In this document: in pieces, positions 30,059 through 39,456 of the stretch
Numbering within the stretch: position 1 is the first letter of the stretch
How the letters are laid out: each line of letters opens with the position of its first letter
NCBI GenBank assembly: GCA_964422435.1
Contig: CAYRBB010000007.1
Span: forward strand, 12,363 to 76,362
Reading direction: 5' to 3'
DNA from: an uncultured Sphingomonadaceae bacterium
GTDB lineage: Bacteria > Pseudomonadota > Alphaproteobacteria > Sphingomonadales > Sphingomonadaceae
Length of the DNA: 64,000 nt
The notes under the pieces: model-generated
Told to the model about the DNA's origin: nothing
Database searches by the model: none
Seen by the model: the letters and a program-made list of their open reading frames with translations, nothing else
Translations under genes and position numbers: made by a program

Positions 30059-31351
30059 TTAATCCACCCACTTCACATCCGCACCCAGCATATCGATGTT
30101 GTCGGTGAAGTTCGGATGCGCTCGGCGGATCGGGTCGGCATCGAGAATAGTCGATTCTCCGTCGATGCTCGCCGCAATCATCAGCATCGCGATGGCGACA
30201 CGGATAATGTAGGGGCTGGTTACCGTCGCTGGGCGCAACTTGTCGCCACCGAATGTTATCAGGCGGTGCGGGTCACATAACAAGGTATGCGCGCCGAACA
30301 GGCTGAGCTCCGTGTGCCATGTCAAACCACCTTCATAGACTTTGTTCCAGAACATAGCCGGGCCGTCAGCCCGCACTCCCAGCGCAATGAAGATCGGCAG
30401 CAAGTCGGCGGGAATATATGGCCACGGTGCAGCTTCCACCTTGGTGGTGATGTGCGACGTGAAGTTCTGCTGCACCACGAGCCGATCGGGTGCATTGAGA
30501 CGCGACCAACCATCCTTATGTTCCACATGTGCGCCGAACTTTTCGAACGTACGGTCAATCAGCATGAAGTCTTCCGGCTGCGTATTGCGCACCGAAATGT
30601 CACCGCCAGTCACTGCCGAGAGCGCAAGAAAAGTCGCGATCTCGTGGAAGTCTTCGACGAAGGTGTAATCAATTGGCTTGAAGTCATCGCAGCCATCGAC
30701 GGACACCATAGAAGTGCCCTTGCCGCGGATGGTGCCACCCATTTGCTCGAGGAAAGTGCACATTTCCTGGACATGCGGTTCACATGCAGCGTTGACGATC
30801 TGGCTGGTCCCATTGGCGGCCAAGGCGCTGATGATGAAATTTTCTGTCGTGGTGACTGAAGCATATTCGAGCCACATGCGTGTACCATCGCCCTTGCCAC
30901 TGTTGCGGAAAACGATGTCCTTGCCTTCGTAGGTGACCTCCGCCCCGAAAGCCTTGAACACCTGCACGTGCGGATCGATCTCGCGCGCGCCGAGCGTACA
31001 ACCTTTTACTTCATGTTCCAGCCTTGCTTCGCCAAGGCGGGCGAGCAAACCGGGGATCATCATGATCGAAGCACGCATAGCCTGGGGCAGCTTGGCCTTG
31101 GCCGAACCCGGAATAGTCGAATGGTCAATGGCAAAAGTCTTCGCCTGCTTGTCCCACTCGACCGTACTGCCAAGGTCGCTGAAGAATGCATGGATACGCG
31201 TGACGTCGGTGATTTCTGGTACATTGCGCAGCGTGATCGGTGCGTCACTCAGCAACGTGGCACACAACACCGGTAGTACAGCGTTCTTATTGGCCGAGGG
31301 ATCAATCTTGCCCTGAAGCTTCTGTCCACCCCTCACATATAAAGCCGTCAT
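30059..31351 (-). CDS. Divergent MurA-family enolpyruvyl transferase
   Basis: SANKNAVLP, MRAS, GCTLGAREIDPH, SVTTTEN, PADLLP; C-terminal motifs differ from canonical MurA. Confidence 0.8.
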   Translation of the reverse strand: MTALYVRGGQKLQGKIDPSANKNAVLPVLCATLLSDAPITLRNVPEITDVTRIHAFFSDLGSTVEWDKQAKTFAIDHSTIPGSAKAKLPQAMRASIMMIPGLLARLGEARLEHEVKGCTLGAREIDPHVQVFKAFGAEVTYEGKDIVFRNSGKGDGTRMWLEYASVTTTENFIISALAANGTSQIVNAACEPHVQEMCTFLEQMGGTIRGKGTSMVSVDGCDDFKPIDYTFVEDFHEIATFLALSAVTGGDISVRNTQPEDFMLIDRTFEKFGAHVEHKDGWSRLNAPDRLVVQQNFTSHITTKVEAAPWPYIPADLLPIFIALGVRADGPAMFWNKVYEGGLTWHTELSLFGAHTLLCDPHRLITFGGDKLRPATVTSPYIIRVAIAMLMIAASIDGESTILDADPIRRAHPNFTDNIDMLGADVKWVD

Positions 31352-31384
31352 TCTTTGTCCTTCGTCACACACGCGCTTCCTGCG

Positions 31385-31996
31385 TCAGGAATATCCCATC
31401 AAAGCGAGTACTTCTTTGCGGCTACGCGCATCGTCGCGGAAGCAACCCATAACCCTGCTCGTGACCATATTAACCCCCGGCGTGCGAACGCCGCGCGCGG
31501 TCATACAGGCGTGGCTCGCTTCGATCACAACTGCGACGCCGTGGGGGCTGAGGCCGTCCCAAATCGCTTGCGCCACTTCGGCAGTCAGCCGCTCCTGAAT
31601 TTGCAGGCGGCGCGCGTAGCCCTGGAGTACACGGGCCAGTTTCGAAATGCCCACCACCTGGTTGGTCGGCAAATACGCGATGGCGGCCTTGCCGATTATC
31701 GGCGCCATATGGTGTTCGCAATGGCTTTGGAAAGGGATATCTTTCAGCAGCACGATCTCGTCATAGCCGCCCACTTCCTCAAAGGTGCGCGAAAGATGGA
31801 CAGCCGGATCTTCGCTATAACCTTGGCAGTACTCCTTCCACGCGCGCGCGACGCGTTTGGGCGTATCGAGCAGGCCTTCACGTTCCGGATCGTCGCCCGC
31901 CCAACGGATCAGCGTGCGGATCGCGTCCTGCACGTCTTCGGGTACAGGCGCTTTGGTAATCGGGGCGGTGTATCCGGCCCCCTCTTTGTCGCTCAT
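31385..31996 (-). CDS. folE: GTP cyclohydrolase I
   Basis: [41 protein letters not shown]. Confidence 0.97.
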   Translation of the reverse strand: MSDKEGAGYTAPITKAPVPEDVQDAIRTLIRWAGDDPEREGLLDTPKRVARAWKEYCQGYSEDPAVHLSRTFEEVGGYDEIVLLKDIPFQSHCEHHMAPIIGKAAIAYLPTNQVVGISKLARVLQGYARRLQIQERLTAEVAQAIWDGLSPHGVAVVIEASHACMTARGVRTPGVNMVTSRVMGCFRDDARSRKEVLALMGYS

Positions 31997-32128
31997 CGAA
32001 TGTCCTGCGGTTTGCGGATCGTCTGGTCGGAGACATAGGCCAATAGCGATAATAGCTGAAAATGCCACGCTCCTGTTGCAGAGAATAGCAATTGCGTCGG
32101 TTGGTTCCCGGGCTCTTTAAGGCTGGCC

Positions 32129-32166
32129 AAAGAAATGCGGACGCCGGGAGAAACCCCCGCATCCGC
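32129..32166 (-). terminator. Intrinsic terminator of the hemerythrin gene
   Basis: Minus strand GCGGAUGCGGGGG-uuucu-CCCGGCGUCCGC-AUUUCUUU. Confidence 0.6.
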
Positions 32167-32202
32167 TCTGGTTGGAGGCCATGCCCCCGGATAGGGTCAA
32201 GA

Positions 32203-32688
32203 TTACTGCTTCGCGTGCTCCATCTTTTCCGGCGTTAGTGCGGCGTCGGCCCTCTCGGCTCGCTTACGCTTGTCGAAAACATTACGCATGTATTCACGAT
32301 CTTCTTCGGTCAGCAGCTTCTCGAAATCGGGGAAGTGATCTTTTTCTTCTTCATCGATGTGGTGGCGGTAATCATGATCCAGCGCCTTGAACTTCTGCAG
32401 CCACGCCGGCGATGACATGTCGGTGGCAGCCAAATCGTTCATCAGCTCATCCAGCTCGTGATGTTCGGCAACCGAATGACGGGTCTCTTCGGTCGCCTTT
32501 GGCTTACGTAGCATGGTCGAATAAAGCGCCTGCTCTTCGGCGGCTGCATGACTCTTCACGTCGAGCGTAAACTGTTCAAACAACTCCCGCTGCCTTTCAG
32601 TGCCACCATCGGTCTCTGCAATTTTGTCGAGCAGCTTGCGATGGTCTTCGTGGTCTTCCTTTAGTCGTCCAAAAATGTCTTCGGACAT
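32203..32688 (-). CDS. Hemerythrin/HHE cation-binding domain protein
   Basis: DHEDH, HAAAEE..LY, EHHELD, HHIDEEE..F; SD AAGGAG. Confidence 0.88.
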   Translation of the reverse strand: MSEDIFGRLKEDHEDHRKLLDKIAETDGGTERQRELFEQFTLDVKSHAAAEEQALYSTMLRKPKATEETRHSVAEHHELDELMNDLAATDMSSPAWLQKFKALDHDYRHHIDEEEKDHFPDFEKLLTEEDREYMRNVFDKRKRAERADAALTPEKMEHAKQ

Positions 32689-32710
32689 TCACTATCTCCT
32701 TCGTCTGTAC

Positions 32711-32736
32711 AACGGAGGAGCGACGGCCGATGTTCC
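32711..32736 (-). promoter_or_regulatory. EcfG/SigT (general stress sigma) promoter
   Basis: Minus strand GGAAC-N17-CGTT, 22 nt upstream of the hemerythrin start codon. Confidence 0.75.
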
Positions 32737-32906
32737 GAAACTCTGGCACTCGCAGACCCATAAGACGTGACCTCGCGTCAGGGTAACCGCACCATTCGAT
32801 GATTTGGCAGTCAGAAAGGACTGTTCCAATCGCTGCGTCCACTCGTTTTCCTTGGCGACGGTGTCGCTTTCAAACACGAACGCGCCTCAAGCTTCCTTAA
32901 CCCAAC

Positions 32907-32940
32907 AAAAAAGCCCACCCCTTGAGGGATGGGCTTTTTT
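32907..32940 (-). terminator. Intrinsic terminator directly abutting the tRNA-Arg CCA end
   Basis: AAAAAAGCCCA-CCC-CTTGA-GGG-A-TGGGCTTTTTT; last T is the tRNA terminal A on the minus strand. Confidence 0.75.
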
Positions 32941-33016
32941 GGCGCGCCAGGAAGGATTCGAACCTCCGACCGCCTGATTCGTAGTCAGGTACTCTATCCA
33001 GCTGAGCTACTGGCGC
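32940..33016 (-). tRNA. tRNA-Arg (ACG)
   Basis: GCGCCAG...CTGGCGC-GCCA; anticodon arm CCTGA-CT ACG AA-TCAGG; T loop GTTCGAATC. Confidence 0.97.
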
Positions 33017-33030
33017 GCGGTAGAGGCGGG

Positions 33031-33059
33031 CACATAAGGGGGTCGGCTGGGCTTGGCAA
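33031..33059 (-). promoter_or_regulatory. Sigma70 promoter of tRNA-Arg
   Basis: Minus strand TTGCCA-N17-TATGTG plus GC-rich discriminator; same architecture as the tRNA-Asn promoter. Confidence 0.6.
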
Positions 33060-33063
33060 GGGC

Positions 33064-33465
33064 TTAAAGCGAAAGTCTTGCCAGCAAATCCCGGTCCATT
33101 GGAGCCAGATCAAGTCGCTGTGCTTCTTCATACGAGAACCACCCCCATTGCTGCCCATCGCGCGCCTGAGGCTGCACCACTGGTTGCCGTGAAGTGTAAA
33201 GAAACAAGACAACATGCTTTTCGCCCGTTTCTTCCGCGAAAGTAGACGGTATCAATTTCGCGGGATCCAACTCCAATGCCAGCTCCTCCAATATCTCCCT
33301 TACCAGCGCACGCCTTGGAGATTCGCAGGTTTCCACCTTGCCGCCAGGGAATTCCCACAAGCCGCCGTGATGTCTGTTCACCGGCCTTTGCTGTAACAAC
33401 AATCGACCCTCTTCATCATGCAAAGCCAGCGCGACGACGGGCAGCCATGTCGGAAAATTTTCCAC
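33064..33465 (-). CDS. mutT: NUDIX hydrolase, MutT-like
   Basis: LWEFPGGKVETCESPRRALVREILEEL Nudix box; GTG start at 33465 is an estimate. Confidence 0.8.
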   Translation of the reverse strand: MENFPTWLPVVALALHDEEGRLLLQQRPVNRHHGGLWEFPGGKVETCESPRRALVREILEELALELDPAKLIPSTFAEETGEKHVVLFLYTSRQPVVQPQARDGQQWGWFSYEEAQRLDLAPMDRDLLARLSL

Positions 33466-33546
33466 GTTAACCAATGATCCCCACACGCCGTTAACTCGCA
33501 GATGTAAAACAGCCTCTATCGCGCTCAAATGTTAGGAGACGGTCTT

Positions 33547-33741
33547 GTGCGTAAGAAGACACTACTGGAAAGCCTGCTGCAAGACGATCAGGGCGCGACA
33601 GCCATCGAATACGGCCTCATCCTCGCATTGGTCGCGATCGCCATGATCACGGCACTGCAAGGAGTCGCCGCGGCTACCATCGACATGTGGGGCGATGTTG
33701 AGACCAAAGTGTCGGATGCAACAACAGCCGTACAATCTTAG
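33547..33741 (+). CDS. Flp family type IVc (Tad) pilin, copy 1
   Basis: DDQG|ATAIEYGLILAL prepilin cleavage and E+5/Y motif; GTG after AGGAG. Confidence 0.88.
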   Translation: MRKKTLLESLLQDDQGATAIEYGLILALVAIAMITALQGVAAATIDMWGDVETKVSDATTAVQS

Positions 33742-33762
33742 GAATTTCTTCAGACATCGCCC

Positions 33763-33778
33763 GTAATCAGAGCTTAGC
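33763..33778 (+). promoter_or_regulatory. Degenerate CtrA-type site upstream of pilin 2
   Basis: GTAA-N7-TTAGC versus consensus TTAA-N7-TTAAC. Confidence 0.4.
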
Positions 33779-33837
33779 TCAATCGGGGAAACCGGAATGA
33801 GCCGGGTACCGAAGACTTTAAATCAGGAGACTACATA

Positions 33838-34017
33838 ATGACCTTCTTCAAGAACATGATCCGCGATGAACAGGGTGCTACCGCTATTGAATACGGCCTG
33901 ATCGCTGCCCTTATCGCTGTTGCAGCCATCACTGCAATGCAGAGCCTCGGCAACGAACTGAGCACGACCTTCAACACCGTGTCGACCGAGCTTCAGAACA
34001 GCAACACCACTGTCTAA
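33838..34017 (+). CDS. pilA: Flp family type IVc (Tad) pilin, copy 2, probable major pilin (59 aa, absent from ORF track)
   Basis: Hand translation MTFFKNMIRDEQG|ATAIEYGLIAALIAVAAITAMQSLGNELSTTFNTVSTELQNSNTTV*; SD AGGAG; followed by a terminator. Confidence 0.93.
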   Translation: MTFFKNMIRDEQGATAIEYGLIAALIAVAAITAMQSLGNELSTTFNTVSTELQNSNTTV

Positions 34018-34038
34018 GTGATGTTCTAAGCGTTTATC

Positions 34039-34071
34039 GAGGGGCGGCAGTGCGAACTGTCGCCCCTCTTT
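34039..34071 (+). terminator. Pilin terminator
   Basis: GAGGGGCGGCAG-tgcgaa-CTGTCGCCCCTC-TTT. Confidence 0.75.
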
Positions 34072-34096
34072 GCGTCTGAGTACTGGCGAAAATACG

Positions 34097-34134
34097 AAAA
34101 AAAGGGCCGCGCCAATCATGGCGCGGCCCTTTTT
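34097..34134. terminator. Bidirectional intrinsic terminator
   Basis: AAAAAAAGGGCCGCGCCA-atca-TGGCGCGGCCCTTTTT. Confidence 0.85.
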
Positions 34135-34155
34135 GTTTCCTCCGGCAGATATTGT

Positions 34156-35634
34156 CTAATTGGACCGGATCACAATCTTATATTGCTGGCCCGGCACCAC
34201 ACCTGTGTCACCAAGCAGGCCATTAAGGACACGGAAGCGCGCTTCCTGCCCGTCTGTATAGGCCATGCGACGAGCAAGCGTGGCCACCGTGTCGGTGCGA
34301 GTGGCCGTAACGATGTCGATTCGGCGCGGCACAACGCTGCCAGCTTCCTGAGCAGAAATCCGGCGCATCGAATTATAGAGTGAATTGAACGTGCTTGCCT
34401 GCCCTGCCGGGGTAATCGACTGGAAGTGGTATGCCTGACCGTTGCCGAAATCATAGGCGAACACCGTCACATCAACTTGGCTTTGGCCGTTATTCACCCT
34501 CGCAAAACCATATGTTGCCGGCAGTCCATTGACCGTCGTACGCTCGATTGTTTGCGGAGCCAGTTGCTGCTGATCACCGCCAAGAGCCGCGAAGACTGAG
34601 CGAACATAAGTTTCCAGATTTCCGTTGAAAGCTGCAGTCGTAAGCTGCGCGCGCCCGGCATCTCCATTGATCGACACAGCACGCGGGCTATTGACCATGT
34701 AGAACCCCTGCGGTGCCGTGAAGGACAGGCGCAGGATAGGGTGAATGAACTGACGACCTTCGATAATCCCTTGTTCTGGGTCGTCTCCGTAAATCATCCC
34801 GTCGATACGGGTCAGGAAGGTGTCGCGATTGGTCACACCGGCACCGCCGCCGGCAAGCTGTACCGCATTCTGCACGCGACTGGCCGGATCCGGGTGGGTC
34901 GATGCCCATTCGGGGATCGTGGCATTGTCGCGGCCCTGCAACTGCGCATCGAGCTGGTTTTGCGCGGCAAGGCTTTGTAGCAGTGTTGCCATCGCCCGCG
35001 GATCATATCCGGCGCGATTGAGATACTGCACGCCGAGCGCGTCGGCCTCCAATTCCTGGTTGCGCGAATAGCTGAGCGTCAGGAATTGCGGAGCCTGCGC
35101 GCCGGCGCGGCTCAACAAGTTTCCAAAATCGCCGCCGATAATGCTGCCACCAATAACCCCTAAGAGGCCCAGCAGCTGGTTTTGCTGCGCGGCCTGCTGT
35201 CGGCGCGCGGAGTGGCGTGCAGCAACGTGGCCTACTTCATGCCCCAGCACAGCCGCCAGTTCCGCCTCGTTGTTCATCAAATTTACGAGCTGGCGAGTGG
35301 CATAAACATATCCGCCCGGCACAGCGAAAGCATTGTTCACGCTGGAATTGAGCAGCGTCACATCGAAAGCACCGGGAGTCGTTGCGAGACCCGATTGGAC
35401 CGCGATGTTCTGGCCGACCTGCTCCACGTAGCGCGCCTGCGGGCCTGTCATCTCCCCGCCGAATTCGGCAACGAACTGCTCATGATATTGCGCACCCAGC
35501 TGTGCTTCTTCCGCCGTGATCGGGGAACCGGGAGCTACATTTGCACCGGGGATTGAAGCACAGGCTGACAAGGCGAGCGAGGCGACACCGACGGCGGCAA
35601 TCGCCTTGATCTTGCGGGAAACGGATTGCGACAT
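34156..35634 (-). CDS. M48 family zinc metalloprotease lipoprotein (BepA-like N-domain plus C-terminal extension)
   Basis: Lipobox LSAC; NAFAVPGG, HEVGH, ELEADALG, STHP; start uncertain (35634 or 35649). Confidence 0.88.
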   Translation of the reverse strand: MSQSVSRKIKAIAAVGVASLALSACASIPGANVAPGSPITAEEAQLGAQYHEQFVAEFGGEMTGPQARYVEQVGQNIAVQSGLATTPGAFDVTLLNSSVNNAFAVPGGYVYATRQLVNLMNNEAELAAVLGHEVGHVAARHSARRQQAAQQNQLLGLLGVIGGSIIGGDFGNLLSRAGAQAPQFLTLSYSRNQELEADALGVQYLNRAGYDPRAMATLLQSLAAQNQLDAQLQGRDNATIPEWASTHPDPASRVQNAVQLAGGGAGVTNRDTFLTRIDGMIYGDDPEQGIIEGRQFIHPILRLSFTAPQGFYMVNSPRAVSINGDAGRAQLTTAAFNGNLETYVRSVFAALGGDQQQLAPQTIERTTVNGLPATYGFARVNNGQSQVDVTVFAYDFGNGQAYHFQSITPAGQASTFNSLYNSMRRISAQEAGSVVPRRIDIVTATRTDTVATLARRMAYTDGQEARFRVLNGLLGDTGVVPGQQYKIVIRSN

Positions 35635-35747
35635 GCGATTGTCCTCCATCACGGATTCTGCGGCACCCAAGGCGCCGGGTATGTGCTTTCACAAACCGCT
35701 GCGGAAAAACAATGTTCCCGCAGAACGACATCGCAAATTCTGGCAAA

Positions 35748-36707
35748 TTATCGGGGAAGATTCTGCCCGATCTTGAGAAAACGCTCATCCCTCTCACTGC
35801 GAAGCTCAGCCGCTGAAAATTCTTCGAGTGCTTTCAGTTCGTCATCAATCGCCGTTGTGAGCGCATTGATCGCTGCCTCCGGATCGCGCTGAGCCCCCCC
35901 TGTTGGCTCGCGGACGATGCGATCAATCACGCCAATCTCGAGTAAGTTTTGCGCTGTCAGCTTCATCGCTTCTGCCGCTTGCGGGGCCTTTTCTGCCGTG
36001 CGCCAGAGAATCGAAGCACAGCCCTCGGGCGAAATCACCGAGTAGACCGCATGTTCGAACATCAGTACGCGTTCAGCGCTCGCAAGCGCCACCGCGCCGC
36101 CAGAGCCACCCTCGCCCACGATGGCTGCGACCATCGGCACGCCAAGCGCAAGGCACGCCTCGGTCGACCGGGCGATGGCTTCTGCCTGCCCACGTTCTTC
36201 CGCCTCGATGCCGGGAAACGCGCCGGAGGTATCTACCAGTGTAACAACCGGCAGACCAAAGCGGTCGGCCAGTTCCATCAGGCGGATCGCCTTGCGATAG
36301 CCCTCCGGCTTACCCATGCCGAAATTATGCTTGATCCGCGTTTCGGTGTCATGGCCCTTTTCATGGCCAATGAGTACGACCTTGCGCCCGTGCAGCGTGG
36401 CAAGGCCACCCATGATCGCCTGGTCATCGCCATATAAGCGATCGCCGCCCAGCGGAATGAAATGATCGAACCCGTGCGCCACGAAATCACGGAAATGCGG
36501 CCGGTTGGGGTGACGCGCAACCTGTGTCTTCTGCCACGGCGTCAGGCCGGAATAGGTGCTTTCGAGCAGCTTGGCGCTTTTTAACTCGAGCCGCTTCAGC
36601 TCGTTGGAAATGTCGACATCGCCATCTTCACCAGCAGCACTGCGCAACTCGGCGATCTTCGCTTCGAGCTCGGCAACGGGCTTTTCAAATTCGAGGAATG
36701 AAACCAT
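35748..36707 (-). CDS. accA: Acetyl-CoA carboxylase carboxyltransferase alpha subunit
   Basis: FLEFEKP, ARHPNRP, GHEKG, PEGYRKA, GEGGSGGA, YSVISPEGCASILW. Confidence 0.97.
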   Translation of the reverse strand: MVSFLEFEKPVAELEAKIAELRSAAGEDGDVDISNELKRLELKSAKLLESTYSGLTPWQKTQVARHPNRPHFRDFVAHGFDHFIPLGGDRLYGDDQAIMGGLATLHGRKVVLIGHEKGHDTETRIKHNFGMGKPEGYRKAIRLMELADRFGLPVVTLVDTSGAFPGIEAEERGQAEAIARSTEACLALGVPMVAAIVGEGGSGGAVALASAERVLMFEHAVYSVISPEGCASILWRTAEKAPQAAEAMKLTAQNLLEIGVIDRIVREPTGGAQRDPEAAINALTTAIDDELKALEEFSAAELRSERDERFLKIGQNLPR

Positions 36708-36717
36708 GTCACAGCCG

Positions 36718-37596
36718 CTAGCCCCCTCTGCGCCCCGCCGCAAGAGGATGCCGCTCGTTCACGAGCGCGACCAGGCGCGCGGAATCGACATGCGTGTAAA
36801 TCTGCGTGGTCGCGATATCCGCGTGACCCAGCAATGTTTGCAAGACCCGCAGATCCGCGCCACCCTCCAGCAAATGCGTCGCGAAGGCATGGCGCAGCAC
36901 ATGCGGGCTTACCTTCGCGGGGTCAATATCAGCGCCGGAGGCCAATTCCTTCACCATCTGGTAGAGTCGGATCCGGCTGATATGGCCCGTGCGAGAAGGG
37001 AACAGGTGTTTGCTACCATCGGGCCGCACTTCCAGCCACCGCGCCAAGGCCGCTTGCGCCCTGCGGGACACGGGCACCATGCGTTGCTGCCCTCCCTTTC
37101 CCGTAATCGTTAGAAATGGCGCATCGCGCGGAACCGCACTGACTGGCAGCGAAACAAGCTCGCTCGCGCGAAGTCCGGACCCGTATAGCAGCTCGAACAA
37201 GGCCAGCAGCCGCACTGCACTGGGCTTCCCGCCTTCTGCATCGGTCTCGACCTTTGCAAACATGCGCTCAACTTCGTCATGGGAAAGCACCTTGGGTAAT
37301 GGCCGGCGCGTTTGCGGACGTGGCAGCGCGATCGACGGATCATCCTTGCGAAGCCCTTCATCCATGCAAAAGCCGTAAAACTGTCGTAAAGCAGAAATCT
37401 TCCTGGCAACGGTGGAGGGCGCGAGGCTGGCCCAGTGGCCGCTCAACGAAAGAAGCTGATCGCGCGATGCTTCGAGCAGATCGCCTGCAATCTCTTCGCT
37501 GCCTTCGAGGTCGCGGCGATAGGCTGCCATAGTATTCCCCGCCGCGCCGCGTTCTGCCGCCATCATGGCCAGGAAATTGTCGATTGCTGCCGACAT
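36718..37596 (-). CDS. xerD: Tyrosine recombinase XerD
   Basis: LYGSGLRASEL, GKGG, HVLRHAFATHLL, LGHADIATTQIYTH; in the aroKB/accA core locus. Confidence 0.88.
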   Translation of the reverse strand: MSAAIDNFLAMMAAERGAAGNTMAAYRRDLEGSEEIAGDLLEASRDQLLSLSGHWASLAPSTVARKISALRQFYGFCMDEGLRKDDPSIALPRPQTRRPLPKVLSHDEVERMFAKVETDAEGGKPSAVRLLALFELLYGSGLRASELVSLPVSAVPRDAPFLTITGKGGQQRMVPVSRRAQAALARWLEVRPDGSKHLFPSRTGHISRIRLYQMVKELASGADIDPAKVSPHVLRHAFATHLLEGGADLRVLQTLLGHADIATTQIYTHVDSARLVALVNERHPLAAGRRGG

Positions 37597-37608
37597 GCGT
37601 CGGTTCCC

Positions 37609-39456
37609 CTACCCGCGCGCGACGGCCTCTGCTGCAATCATTCGCGCCTCGGCAGACAAGCCGGCGCGGTTGAGAGATCGCACGATGAAATAGAGCTGGC
37701 GCGGAGTCATCTGATCCCAGCTCGCACCCTGCATACCAAGACCCACCAGCAGCGCCACCAGAGCCTGGTTGCGATAGCTGGCAGCTGCCTCGATCTTGCT
37801 GCTCCAAGCGCTCTGGCGGGTATAGTTGATGCCCAGACGGTCTGCGAAATCCTCGAAATCGCCTTCATCAATGCGATCAAGCCCTGCAAGACCAGCCACA
37901 AGAAAAGCCGACTTGCGCGAGCTGGTGCTTTCGTCATCGTCCACGAACCTATCGACATCACCGGCGCCGACTGTCTCGTCGCGCTGGTATTCCACAAGAG
38001 CGAGCAAAGCCCACGCCTCGCCACCTGCGGGGACAACGTTGCCCCATTGCATGGCGTTACGATCCAATCCGGCAGAAAGCATGGATGCGATTAGCGCGGG
38101 CGCATCGTCGAGCAATTCGGGATTAACGGGAACGCGCGCAGCCGCATAGGCGGTCAGCACCTTGCCACTATAGCTTTCATCAGCTTCCCACAATTGCCGC
38201 ATGGCGGCTACGCGGCCGGCGGTGGTTGAGGCAACATAGGCCTCGCGGAGCAATGTGGCCGTGCCCTTGTCAGCTTGCGAATAGATATCGCTTGCCCAAA
38301 GCTGCGAATGGAGATCAACCATTGCCGCCGAAGACAGCACACCCCGTGCCCCAGCCACATCGGCAGACTGCGCGCGCTCAAGCAGCGGAGTGGCAGGTAT
38401 TTGCGTGTCAGAGATCGCGTACCGTTCGGCTGTCGAATCATCAGGGCGCAGTCCGTCAGGCAGCTCAACACCAAGCGCGCGCGCAAGAGCGAAGCGCCAT
38501 GGTGTCAGTTGGTCCGTTCCATCCCATTCGATGTTGACGGCTCGGCCCGCATCTCCCGCAGCGCCGGCAAATCGCTGCGCCAAACGCACATCGATTTCGG
38601 GGGCGACGCCAGTGCCGAGCGCGCGCGCGAGATCGCGTTCTGCGCTGCGGCTCTCACCGAGATATGAAGAACAGATCGCCTGCAACAACTCCCACTCGCC
38701 ATCCTCCTGTACATCGCGCTGCAAACGGGCAACGGGGCACATGCCGAGCACATCGCCGGTGCCGAGATACGCATCGAATGCAGCATCGGTCAGGGCGCGG
38801 TTGTAATTGCTGCCATCGACATCTTGCACAAGCGCACGAGCAACGGCATTTTCACCGATCGCATTAAGCGCGCGGGCCCTAAGCGCGGCAAACTGGACGG
38901 GATCCATGCCCTGCGGCGCATCGAGACGGCTGGCCAAAGTACGACGCATCAGGATGTGGCCCCAGCGCGAGACTATCGGACCATCGCTCGCCTCGAGCAC
39001 AGCGCGCACCAGTGCGGCAGGCTGGTTGGCGAGGGACGCGGACGGAAAGCCGCCTTCAGCAAGATCCAGGACCCCGACCTGCTCAACCGCCCGGCGAGCA
39101 GCCGCAGGAATATCGAATCTGGGGCGCAAGCCAAACAGGTCGTTGACCTCAGACTCATTCATCGCCTCCAGCTCTTCCAGTGTCGGGAAATCGGCGGGAA
39201 GCGTTACAAGGCCCGGCGCAGTTCCATCTCCTCCGGGGATAGGCTGAACCACCGGCGTCCCGCCAGGAGCAGAAGGTACCGTTGGCGTTGCAGACCGCCC
39301 GGTTGTGGGGGTCGGCGTTTGTGTCGGCGTAGGCGTCGCTTGCGGCGGAGGATTGCGGAAAGCGGGCGGCAGCAAATCTTCCGGCCCAACCGCCATGGCC
39401 AGCGTTGAAGACAACGCCAATGTCGCCCCGCCCAGCAGCAAACCCAATCGCTTCAC
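37609..39456 (-). CDS. Secreted/periplasmic hypothetical protein with Pro/Thr-rich linker
   Basis: Signal peptide ending AMA; QATPTPTQTPTPTT low complexity; helical body. Confidence 0.75.
   Translation of the reverse strand: MKRLGLLLGGATLALSSTLAMAVGPEDLLPPAFRNPPPQATPTPTQTPTPTTGRSATPTVPSAPGGTPVVQPIPGGDGTAPGLVTLPADFPTLEELEAMNESEVNDLFGLRPRFDIPAAARRAVEQVGVLDLAEGGFPSASLANQPAALVRAVLEASDGPIVSRWGHILMRRTLASRLDAPQGMDPVQFAALRARALNAIGENAVARALVQDVDGSNYNRALTDAAFDAYLGTGDVLGMCPVARLQRDVQEDGEWELLQAICSSYLGESRSAERDLARALGTGVAPEIDVRLAQRFAGAAGDAGRAVNIEWDGTDQLTPWRFALARALGVELPDGLRPDDSTAERYAISDTQIPATPLLERAQSADVAGARGVLSSAAMVDLHSQLWASDIYSQADKGTATLLREAYVASTTAGRVAAMRQLWEADESYSGKVLTAYAAARVPVNPELLDDAPALIASMLSAGLDRNAMQWGNVVPAGGEAWALLALVEYQRDETVGAGDVDRFVDDDESTSSRKSAFLVAGLAGLDRIDEGDFEDFADRLGINYTRQSAWSSKIEAAASYRNQALVALLVGLGMQGASWDQMTPRQLYFIVRSLNRAGLSAEARMIAAEAVARG

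Noticed and set aside
31997-32128. THF-II (folE motif) riboswitch upstream of folE
   Set aside because: No sequence or structure resembling that motif was recognisable by eye.
32692-32877. 61-aa ORF between tRNA-Arg and the hemerythrin gene
   Set aside because: No SD, no convincing family match, and it overlaps the EcfG promoter; at most a degenerate remnant.
36718-37596. Tyrosine recombinase as a phage or island integrase
   Set aside because: Short XerD-type protein in the aroKB/accA core neighbourhood; no att repeats or phage genes.
39290-39345. Short repeated motif (GGCGT-rich) as a DNA repeat
   Set aside because: It simply encodes the Pro/Thr-rich linker of the 615-aa protein.
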